Of a DNA stretch of 64,000 nucleotides, positions 39,654-48,534 are shown one piece after another. Source of the DNA: Bacteroidia bacterium (lineage in GTDB: Bacteria > Bacteroidota > Bacteroidia > M30B66); assembly GCA_965279035.1 (NCBI GenBank), contig OZ257142.1, forward strand, positions 2,656,001 through 2,720,000. The letters run 5' to 3'. The position numbers and the translations under genes were made by a program. Every line of letters starts with the position of its first letter. Positions within the stretch are counted from its first letter, which is position 1. Below the pieces are notes generated by a model that was not told where the DNA came from, searched no databases, and saw only the letters and a list, made by a program, of their open reading frames with translations.

Positions 39654-41567
39654 TTAAATCGCTTGCAACGTAAAATGATAGGTCATTCCATGTCCATATT
39701 CAGATGTCGCATGAATATGTCCACGGTTTTTCTGTACTACTTCATTCACAAGTAAATGTGATAAACCACTTGCAATTTGGTTCGATGCCGTTTGACTAAA
39801 AATGCGTTTCTCATCAAAAAGAGAAGCTATTTCATCGCTTGAAAGTTCTTTTCCAGTTTGTTGCACACGCACTTCCACATGACCGTTTATTCTAGTAGCA
39901 TCTACTTTAATGGTTGCACCTGGTTTTGAATTTTTAATTGAATCTAATACCAGATTTCGAATACTCATTAGTATCAATTGAGGATCGGCATATACAACTT
40001 GCGTTTCAGGAAGATCGTTAATGAGTTGAATTGATTTTCCTTTCGCAAGAGATTCTAATAAATAGAGTTCATCTGAAAGACATATCCTTAAGTTAACTAT
40101 TTCAAAACCTGCCTGGATTCGATGCGTTGTTTTATTGGACCAAAAAAGCAAATTATCAATTACCTGATTTGTCAGCTGAAGATCTGCAACAACAGTAGCA
40201 CAGGTTTCATACAAACGTTTTGCACTTTCGGGATGATGCATGAGTGTTTCTAATCGACGTATGGATTCGTCAATCGGATTTCGAATATCCGAATTCAACA
40301 AATTCAATAAACGAGAATTCATTTCATTGGTTTGAAGCAATTGTTTTTGCTGCAATTCAATTTGTTCAACATGCTCTTTAAGCTGAAGAGTCTGATTTGC
40401 TAAAGCTTGTTTGTTAATGGTATGTCGCGTATTTAAATAATATAAAAATCCTGAACCGATGAGCAATAAAACGAGTGCGATGAATAAGCCAATTTGCATA
40501 CGCGACATCACCGATATAGTAGATGACTTTTCGAATAATTCACGGTTTTTTTGCTCAATTTCGTTCATGGTACGTTGTTGAGTGTTTTGTAGTGTCACCG
40601 ATGATAAGTATAATCGTTCATTCAGATCGTTGAACTCTTTCTGAATTTTGAGAGACTGAACTAAGTCACCTTTCTTTTCAAACATAGATGCTTCAAGCGC
40701 ATATACATTTTTTAGTTCTTCTCTATAATGTCGTTTCTCTGCAATACCGCGAGCTTCTTGCAATCGCACCATTGCTTCTTCATTTTTACCTTGAATAGTA
40801 TCAATACAAGCCAGCCCATGTTGGTTTTCTACAATTCCAAAACGATTATCCGAATTTCGCGAAATGATTAAGGCTTTTTCGTAATAATTACGTGCAATTG
40901 CAAGTTTATTTTCCAATCGTTTTATTTCTCCTAGATTGGTGTAGTTATTTGCAATTTCAATTGAATCATTCCGCTTATTGGCAATGTATAATGAGCGTTC
41001 GTAATAGCGTTCTGCCAATTCGTAATTGCGTTGATGCCTGTAAATATCTCCAATATGATTGTAGATCAAACCAGTTTCTTTTTCATAATTCCATTTGTTT
41101 GCGATTTTTTCGGCTGCATTAAATTGAATTAATGCTTGAGCATATTTCTTTTCTTTTCGATAAACATTCCCTTGACCTATGATTGCTTGCGTTATACCTC
41201 TGCCATTCTTAAGTTTAAGGTAAATCGAAAGTGATTTTGAAAATAGATCTTCAGCTAAATTATAATCCCCTTGAAGAAAATAAAATTTACCCATCTGAAT
41301 AAGAGCTGCAGCAGCAGACTCATTATCGCGATGATCCATCGCAAGTGCATATTCTCGAGTTGATTTCTCAATTCCTACAAGTGGATCGATTGTATAGGGA
41401 TCATTTTCCACATGCTGAGGCGAAGCAAGCATAGCGATATGCATGATAGAAAACGATATCAAGAAAAAGAGTTGAATGTAAGCCAAGCGGACATTCTTCT
41501 CCCTTGTTACTTTTTTACAAGAGAAAATAGTAGTAAAAAAAGTCCTGAATATCATTCGGCAATTCAC
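39654..41567 (-). CDS. TPR-containing membrane sensor with degenerate histidine-kinase domain
   Basis: TPR repeats, TM IGLFIALVLLLIGSGFLYYL, HisKA/HATPase-like tail with LNSDIRNP, NLLFWS, NLVLDSIK. Start uncertain. Confidence 0.75.
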   Translation of the reverse strand: MNCRMIFRTFFTTIFSCKKVTREKNVRLAYIQLFFLISFSIMHIAMLASPQHVENDPYTIDPLVGIEKSTREYALAMDHRDNESAAAALIQMGKFYFLQGDYNLAEDLFSKSLSIYLKLKNGRGITQAIIGQGNVYRKEKKYAQALIQFNAAEKIANKWNYEKETGLIYNHIGDIYRHQRNYELAERYYERSLYIANKRNDSIEIANNYTNLGEIKRLENKLAIARNYYEKALIISRNSDNRFGIVENQHGLACIDTIQGKNEEAMVRLQEARGIAEKRHYREELKNVYALEASMFEKKGDLVQSLKIQKEFNDLNERLYLSSVTLQNTQQRTMNEIEQKNRELFEKSSTISVMSRMQIGLFIALVLLLIGSGFLYYLNTRHTINKQALANQTLQLKEHVEQIELQQKQLLQTNEMNSRLLNLLNSDIRNPIDESIRRLETLMHHPESAKRLYETCATVVADLQLTNQVIDNLLFWSNKTTHRIQAGFEIVNLRICLSDELYLLESLAKGKSIQLINDLPETQVVYADPQLILMSIRNLVLDSIKNSKPGATIKVDATRINGHVEVRVQQTGKELSSDEIASLFDEKRIFSQTASNQIASGLSHLLVNEVVQKNRGHIHATSEYGHGMTYHFTLQAI

Positions 41568-41764
41568 AGCTATTCATACCCTGTTTAAGCCTTGATTGTT
41601 TCCTTATTTACTAGTAAAATCAAGGTATTAGCCCCTAGAATGTAAGGTTGAATTTAAAATAGGATAAGAATTAGAATAGATACACAACAATTCAATGAAT
41701 TGCCCTTTATTTAAAGCATTAATCGATTAGGTTTTGGTGTAATTAATTTTACAATTTTGTAGGA

Positions 41765-42829
41765 ATGTATCGTATTCTATTTTCTCTATTCAGCTTCTTC
41801 CCTTTAATACTCAATGCTCAATCGCTTGAAATGAGAGCCGATAGCTTCCGAAAGGCTTTTCAAATTCCGGAATTAGCATTTGCAGTTATCTCATCCGATT
41901 CGGTTATCTATTCGTATGTTGGAGGAACACCAGTGTGGGAAAGCGGCAGAATTGCTCATCAAAATGATTGCTTTCATTTAGGATCGAACACCAAAGCCAT
42001 TACAGCATTCATTGCTGCCGATTTAGTAAAGCAAGGTAAACTTCAATGGCAAACCTGCTTCTTCGACTTATTTCCCGAATTATCATCCACAAGCAAAAAA
42101 GAATATCAAAAAATCACGCTTGAAATGCTCCTAACATTTCGAGGAAAAGTACCACCCTATACCTATACATTCGATCAACCAAATCCCATAGATATAAAAG
42201 GGAAATACAACCAACAACGATATTTAGTTGCACAGTATTTTCTGAAACAGCCCGCTATGAAAACAGAAAAAGGTTTAACCAGATCGAATGTCGATTAAAT
42301 TCTCGCTGGTCTCATGCTCGAACGTGCAAGTGGGAAATCGTATGAAGAATTATTAAACGATTTAGGAAATAGAATGCATATTCATTTTGGAATAAATCCA
42401 CCTGTGATTAGTGATTCCACACAAGTTCAAGGACATGATGAAAATAATCGACCTGCTCTTTTAAGTAATTTAACGAAATTAAATTGGTTGTTATGTGCTG
42501 GAAATGTGCACATGAATTTACCCGATTATCAAATATTTATTCAAGAAGAATTAAAAGCATTAAAAGGAAATTCCTCCTTTTTTAGTGAAAACGAAATGAA
42601 TAAAATGCTTTTTGGATATCCTGAATTTTCGATGGGTTGGTTTAATTCAGAAGATGAAAATTTTCACATTGCTCACAATGCAGGAAATGCAGCTAGTTTT
42701 CGTTCTGATGTGCGGATTATTAAAGAAAAAGACCTGGCTATTATTGTATTAATGAATGCTTCGGGTGAAAAAAAATGTCAAGGAATGCAGCTCTTTCTAG
42801 ATGAAATCATTCACACCTATTTAAAATAA
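41765..42829 (+). pseudogene. Serine hydrolase (beta-lactamase class C-like family) split by an in-frame TAA
   Basis: SxxK motif GSNTK; ...SNVD-TAA(42296-42298)-ILAGLMLER continues in the same frame; HNAG motif downstream. Confidence 0.8.
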
Positions 42830-42860
42830 AAAATCCCGAAACGTTTATTCATTTCGGGAT
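42827..42860 (-). terminator. Terminator between convergent genes
   Basis: ATCCCGAAA...TTTCGGGAT with a T tract on the minus strand. Confidence 0.6.
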
Positions 42861-42868
42861 GCTGTTTT

Positions 42869-45754
42869 CTATCTTCCTCCTGGAGGTGGACCCATTGGTG
42901 GACCTCCTGGACCGCCCGGACCACCATGAGGATCTGTCGGCATTTCAGGCATTTTCATTCCATTGAATTTTCGGAAAGTAAATGTGAAAGTGAGCATGAA
43001 ATAACGGTTTAAAACTTTAGTGCGATTGTCTTCAACATAAGTCTCAGTAATTGTTCTACTAATACTCGTATTTTGATTTAGTAAATCAAAAGCAGTTGCG
43101 CGAAGTTCTCCCGATTTTCCTTTGAGAAATTTATACCCAATTCCTGCATTCCAAAGCGTGAAATTCTGATTGAATCCACTTCCCAAACCATTATAACGTG
43201 AATGCGTAATTTCGGTATTTAAAACAAGACCTTTCCAAGGCAACCAATTCCATTTGAATCCTGCCGTTTGAACAACATAATTGTTATTGAGTGAAGGTTG
43301 CAAGGTGCTTTGAACCTCATTCCATCCTCCGTTATAACTCAATGTAAAATCGATTTTTTCGCTGATGTTACTTGCTACAACCACACCTCCATTGTACGTT
43401 GTAGTGCTGGTTTCATTTCTCAATCCATTTATTTCTCCCGGCTTTAAAGTATAATTCACTCCTCCTTGAATATTCAAGGTGCTTTTAATCCACTTAACTG
43501 GTAAAGAATAGGTGAGCAGAGAACTGAGATTCACATAGCCATTGAGATTGACAGGTCGCGTTAATTGTGAACCTTTTCGCAAATGAATTCCTGCAATGAG
43601 GGTGTCGTTATTGGCTAAAAAGGTGGAATTACCAATGTAATTATTGGTGAATGTGCTACTGATATTTGCAAAGAAAGCACGACTGCTTTTTAAGTTAGCC
43701 GTAGCGAATCGTGTACTAATCGATTGAGAATATTCCTGTTTAAGATTTGAATTACCTGTTGATAATTGAAGTGGATTACTATTGTCAACTACGCTTTGTA
43801 ATTGTGAAATAGAAGGAACATTGGTATTACTTCTGTAAAAAACTCGAATATTGGTTGAACTACTAAATTTATAATTCAACATAGCAAAAGGAACGATGTT
43901 GTTAAAGCTTCGTTTTATTGCAAATGCATGCGGATACGATTGATTTCCATCGAGAGTCACTTGCTGCATATTGGCATTAAAAACCATCATTAATTTTGCA
44001 GTTCGAATTCGAATTCCAGCTCCCCCTTTTTGAGTGGTTATCGTATTATCATAACGGTTCGACAACAAGGAATCGAGTGTAGAATATGAACCTGAAATTG
44101 CATTAAAACGATTGGTATATTTTAATGAATTATTCAAACTGAGCGATGGAGCATAATTCAAAAATAATTGAGCCACTTTCCCCAATGGCTCAGTATACAT
44201 GATGTTGGTAGAATATGTTTGAGCGTTCGTATAGGTATTGGATTGTTGTTTTAATACAATGGTTGTATCAACCAATCCATAAAAAGAATTTGAAGAACCA
44301 AGTCCCGACAAACCACTTTTTTCGGAATTATCCGAATTCAACGTGAGTGAAATTGTACGCCCAAACTTTTTGAATTTATGTCGAAGAAGCACATTATGAC
44401 TCATCGAATATCCCGAGTTTTGTGAGTAATTATTGGTGCTAGTTGCACTTATAGGATTGATAGAATTCCGAACAGTATTTCCATTCACATCACTACCATT
44501 TTGATTGGCTTGCCAGCTAATTCGCGGTGTATAAATAATGGAATTATTCGTGTCGAGATTAATTTCTACACGCAAATTCAAGCGGTGATTTAGATTATTG
44601 CTCCAACCTGTATTCGATTCGCTATACCGTTGATTGGTGCTGTCGTTTAAGTAATAATCCCGATCTACATTTTTGCTGGTTTTATTCGCACTATTATTAA
44701 AGAAATAACTACCACTTAATTTCACTTTTGGACTTAACGAATCGCTATAATTCAACCCTAACGAATGCGTTGTATTAATTCCGTTCGATTGTCCCACCAT
44801 AAAATTCGAAGGATCATTCGCTCCCGGAGCCATACCCATCATACGTCCAATTCCACCACCGCCCATTCCGCCGCCACCTTGTCCACCACTGCTTCCCATC
44901 ACACCTAACAAATCTTGATTCGAGAAATTTTGTTGATTCACATTGTTGCTTTGTCCAAGAATCGTAAACCGACGATTTCCCTTAAAATAATTCATGTTCA
45001 GCCCTGCATTGTATCGATCATTTGTTCCACCACCTGCGTACACTTTCCCAAATTGGGCATTCTTCATTCCTCTTCGCGTAATAACGTTCATAGTCTTTCT
45101 CGAATTCCCATCATCAAAACCACTAAACTGAGCTTGATCACTGAGTTTATCAAAAACTTGAATTTTATTCACCACTTCGGCAGGTAGGTTTTTTAATGCC
45201 ATCGAAGCATCGTCGCCAAAAAATTCCTTCCCGTCAATCAACACCTTCTTCACTTCTTCCCCACCCGATTTCACAACACCATTATCAACTGTAATTCCAG
45301 GCATTTTCTTCACTAAATCTTCGGCAGTTGCATCGGGATTTACTTTAAACGCATCGGCATTAATCTCCGTCGTATCGCCTTTCTGAACTGCTCGTTGTTG
45401 AGTTCCTTCCACTTCCAATCCTTTCAAATTACGCATCGTACTTTCTATTCCTCGAGTACCAATGTCTTTATCCTCGTTCATCCGAATTGGAAAACGCAAA
45501 CTCGCATAGCCAATAAATGAAATTTGAATTCGATACATTCCCATAGGAACATTCGGAATAACAAAATTTCCTTGGGCATCGGTCTGAGCTCCAGTAACCA
45601 ACACAGAATCAGGCAGTCGATACATCCCAACGTTTGCTCCAACAATGGATTCGTTTGTTGATTTATCTATAATGCGACCTTTTAGTTGAAACTGTTGTGC
45701 AGAAAGGGAAACAGCAAAAAGAAATAAAGAAAAAAAGAGAAAACAATGTTTCAT
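42869..45754 (-). CDS. TonB-dependent-receptor-like outer-membrane beta-barrel protein with carboxypeptidase-regulatory-like N-domain
   Basis: Signal peptide; ISFIGY; KGDTTEINADAFK...EDLVKKMPG...DGKEFFGDD; GNSNLKQEY; terminal RYFMLTFTF plus Gly/Pro tail. Confidence 0.85.
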   Translation of the reverse strand: MKHCFLFFSLFLFAVSLSAQQFQLKGRIIDKSTNESIVGANVGMYRLPDSVLVTGAQTDAQGNFVIPNVPMGMYRIQISFIGYASLRFPIRMNEDKDIGTRGIESTMRNLKGLEVEGTQQRAVQKGDTTEINADAFKVNPDATAEDLVKKMPGITVDNGVVKSGGEEVKKVLIDGKEFFGDDASMALKNLPAEVVNKIQVFDKLSDQAQFSGFDDGNSRKTMNVITRRGMKNAQFGKVYAGGGTNDRYNAGLNMNYFKGNRRFTILGQSNNVNQQNFSNQDLLGVMGSSGGQGGGGMGGGGIGRMMGMAPGANDPSNFMVGQSNGINTTHSLGLNYSDSLSPKVKLSGSYFFNNSANKTSKNVDRDYYLNDSTNQRYSESNTGWSNNLNHRLNLRVEINLDTNNSIIYTPRISWQANQNGSDVNGNTVRNSINPISATSTNNYSQNSGYSMSHNVLLRHKFKKFGRTISLTLNSDNSEKSGLSGLGSSNSFYGLVDTTIVLKQQSNTYTNAQTYSTNIMYTEPLGKVAQLFLNYAPSLSLNNSLKYTNRFNAISGSYSTLDSLLSNRYDNTITTQKGGAGIRIRTAKLMMVFNANMQQVTLDGNQSYPHAFAIKRSFNNIVPFAMLNYKFSSSTNIRVFYRSNTNVPSISQLQSVVDNSNPLQLSTGNSNLKQEYSQSISTRFATANLKSSRAFFANISSTFTNNYIGNSTFLANNDTLIAGIHLRKGSQLTRPVNLNGYVNLSSLLTYSLPVKWIKSTLNIQGGVNYTLKPGEINGLRNETSTTTYNGGVVVASNISEKIDFTLSYNGGWNEVQSTLQPSLNNNYVVQTAGFKWNWLPWKGLVLNTEITHSRYNGLGSGFNQNFTLWNAGIGYKFLKGKSGELRATAFDLLNQNTSISRTITETYVEDNRTKVLNRYFMLTFTFTFRKFNGMKMPEMPTDPHGGPGGPGGPPMGPPPGGR

Positions 45755-46122
45755 GAAAGGAAATCAAAAAAAGAAAAAACGCCAGTTAAATGAATTTCAA
45801 CATCACTAAAAACGAGCGCTAGTTGGGATTTGAAGCTGAAATCTCATGCTAGAATCAAATTCATATTTACAAATTAGCCAGCGAGAGAGTTTGAAAATGA
45901 ATAAAGGTTTAGTGTAAGCGATTGAATTATGCTGCGAATGTCAGTTTTACAAACAAAACCACCAAATCAATCGATCAGATATTCAAGCAAGAAGAAAATT
46001 AGGATTTGAAAACGAATTTGGGCGGTGCACACGCTTTCTTTCCTAGTCCGGCAAACGCACAAACTACGCTCTTCGGGCTATCCAATCAATCGTTACCGCT
46101 TGCGTTTCATTGATAAAATCGA

Positions 46123-46551
46123 TTACAACTCATCTAAAAGCTCTAACAATTCAGTGAGTTCAGGAAATTCTTCAAAACTATCTTCACGCTCTTCCAATTC
46201 TTTCCTGATTTTATTTTTGATGTTATCAGTAAAAATGAATGAGATTAGTCCTGTTTCATCCAACTCTTCCGTTAAACTTTGGTGAATTGAAAAGATAGAC
46301 TGAAAAACGATATTTTCATCTGGATCATGTAGTGCAGTGACAAGCAATTGCCCACTTTCTTTCATGGGAACAAAGGCTGCAAAATAGGTTATCCCCTCTT
46401 TCCACATTGCCGATCGCCCTGGCCATTCCAATAGTAAATCAGCCCATTCGGAGGGGTGTAACATGTATACATGGTCAATAGCGGCATCCGGGTATTCCAG
46501 TCCGTTGACAACATTTTCTTCATCAAGAAAAAAGGTGAGTGCTTCTGACAT
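46123..46551 (-). CDS. Hypothetical acidic helical protein
   Basis: 142-aa ORF from ATG 46551 (MSEALTFF), very Glu/Asp/Leu-rich; co-directional with neighbours. Confidence 0.6.
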   Translation of the reverse strand: MSEALTFFLDEENVVNGLEYPDAAIDHVYMLHPSEWADLLLEWPGRSAMWKEGITYFAAFVPMKESGQLLVTALHDPDENIVFQSIFSIHQSLTEELDETGLISFIFTDNIKNKIRKELEEREDSFEEFPELTELLELLDEL

Positions 46552-46628
46552 AACCAGTTTTAACTTGCTGAAAAATAGACAAAATCCCTTTGCAAAATCG
46601 ATTTTCTCGACCTTAAAAAAGCAAAATG

Positions 46629-47051
46629 CTATAAATGAAGACGTTCGAAATTCAATTCCATCATCCCCTCTTTCCAAATCTGTTCTCCTAAACGAATTAA
46701 AAGAGTGCGATCATTTTCATCAACACAGGCAAAAATATTGGCAGCATCCAAACCTTTTCCTTCACCATAATAAATCCCCATACAATTTGCCGTCTTCGTT
46801 CTATTAGGATGTACTGGACCATATACTACTTCACCAGGATGAGTAAATACACTGGCATTTTCTTGTATGATATCGAGTTGAGGAGCATCATCAATCCATA
46901 TTTCTTGTCCAGAAACACGTGCATGCATGAAAGTCCGTTTAAAAGGTAATAACGCATTAAATGCGTCACAGGTAACAGGAGCCTCTTTTAAATAATAGAA
47001 AAAGCGTATTTGAATTCCTGTTTGAGTTTTTAGTATAAATCCATTTTCCAT
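46629..47051 (-). CDS. DUF3830 family (cyclophilin-like fold) protein
   Basis: APVTCDAF..LLP...HARVSGQEIW...ENASVFTHPGEV...IYYG. Confidence 0.8.
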   Translation of the reverse strand: MENGFILKTQTGIQIRFFYYLKEAPVTCDAFNALLPFKRTFMHARVSGQEIWIDDAPQLDIIQENASVFTHPGEVVYGPVHPNRTKTANCMGIYYGEGKGLDAANIFACVDENDRTLLIRLGEQIWKEGMMELNFERLHL

Positions 47052-47061
47052 ATACGAATAA

Positions 47062-47589
47062 CTAAATTAATTCCCGTTTTATTGCTTCTATTGCTTTTAC
47101 TAAACCAACATAAAAATTCCCATTCTTAAATGGAGGTAGAATAAATTCATCAATAATATTTTGACATTTAACATTGGTCAATTTGTCTTCAATACCAATA
47201 CCTGTTGAAATTCTTATTTCACGTAATCCTTTACTAAATAAAATTAAAACGCCATCGTTTTTATTCTTATTTCCAATTCCCCATGTATTAAATAAACCAA
47301 TGGAATAGCTTGCTAAATCAGGTGATGGATTATAATTATCTATCGAAACAATGGCTATTTGTGCGCCTGTTTGTTTTTCAACATCCATAACCATCGAACC
47401 TAATTGAGCTTCTTCTTTATCTGTCAAAACACCTTCAAAATCATTTACAAATCCAACAGGTTTGGGAAAACTATCGAGTATTATGGAATAATTTGAATGA
47501 TATTTAATTGAATTTTCGTTCCGAAAAGAACCAAAAAACAAGATTAAAATAATTAGAAAAAATACAGATGATATACAGTGTTTAATCAT
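47062..47589 (-). CDS. TPM-domain protein
   Basis: GFVNDFEGVL, QIAIVSI, FNTWGIG..NKNDGVLIL, IRISTGIGIE. Confidence 0.88.
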   Translation of the reverse strand: MIKHCISSVFFLIILILFFGSFRNENSIKYHSNYSIILDSFPKPVGFVNDFEGVLTDKEEAQLGSMVMDVEKQTGAQIAIVSIDNYNPSPDLASYSIGLFNTWGIGNKNKNDGVLILFSKGLREIRISTGIGIEDKLTNVKCQNIIDEFILPPFKNGNFYVGLVKAIEAIKRELI

Positions 47590-47622
47590 TTAATTACGAA
47601 TTTATGGATTACTAAATACAAA

Positions 47623-48510
47623 TTATTTTTGTAAAAAGGAACCTAATTCTTCTATACTCTGTTTGGCTTCGGGCATAATGGTATGTAAAAACTGGAAAAC
47701 GTGAACCATTCCAGGCCAAAGTTGCATGTGAGCATCTACGCCGGCTTCGCGGGCTTTTTCTACAAATCGTATAGTATCACTCAAGAGCATTTCGCGTTCA
47801 CCCACATGAATTAATAAAGGTGGCAATCCTGATAAATCTCCGTACAGTGGAGAAGCTAATGGATGCTGTGGATGTGTGGTATTCAAATACCGGTTTGCCC
47901 ATACTTTCACCGCCGGAATTGTAAGCATTGGATCTTGATTTAAGTCGGCAGCATACGATTCTTCGGGCACGCTCAAATCGAGCCAGGGCGATAAAGCAAT
48001 TACTTTATTTGGATGAGGAATATCGAGTTGTTTTAAATAAAGCAATAGTCCCATACATAAACCACCACCCGCCGAATCGCCAGCTAATACTATCTTTTCA
48101 GGCGCATTTGATTTCAATAAAAACTGATAGGCTTTTAATCCATCTTCCAGTGCTGCAGGGAATGGATTTTCGGGTGCTAAACGATAATTAATTGCTAAAG
48201 TTTTCATTCCAGCTGCTCTACTCAATCGACCAATTAAACTACGATGCGTTTGCCAAGAACAAACACAATATCCGCCACCATGAAAATACAACATCACCTT
48301 ATTCGATAAAATCGTTTTAGGTTCAAACCAAGCAGCCTCCATTCCTTCCACTAATAATTTTTTGACTTTCACCTGAGGATCATCAGGAATCACACGCTTT
48401 GATAACCAATCGATCATGCCCAAACCACGCAACTCATCACGCGTACCGTTATAGGCAAGCAATTTAAAAATACGAGCACCTGGACTTAAAAAATTACCAA
48501 TGAGCGACAT
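47623..48510 (-). CDS. Alpha/beta hydrolase, hormone-sensitive-lipase family esterase
   Basis: HGGGY, YRLAPE, GDSAGG, HVF. Confidence 0.9.
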   Translation of the reverse strand: MSLIGNFLSPGARIFKLLAYNGTRDELRGLGMIDWLSKRVIPDDPQVKVKKLLVEGMEAAWFEPKTILSNKVMLYFHGGGYCVCSWQTHRSLIGRLSRAAGMKTLAINYRLAPENPFPAALEDGLKAYQFLLKSNAPEKIVLAGDSAGGGLCMGLLLYLKQLDIPHPNKVIALSPWLDLSVPEESYAADLNQDPMLTIPAVKVWANRYLNTTHPQHPLASPLYGDLSGLPPLLIHVGEREMLLSDTIRFVEKAREAGVDAHMQLWPGMVHVFQFLHTIMPEAKQSIEELGSFLQK

Positions 48511-48534
48511 GGCTACAAGATTAATAAATTCAAT

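Noticed and set aside
42296-42298. Stop-codon reassignment or programmed read-through
   Set aside because: TAA terminates many intact genes in this window; a single case is better explained by mutation or sequencing error.
42869-42965. Gly/Pro-rich tail (GGPGGPGGPPMGPPPGG) as collagen-like novelty
   Set aside because: Short low-complexity tail of a kind common in this Bacteroidota beta-barrel family.
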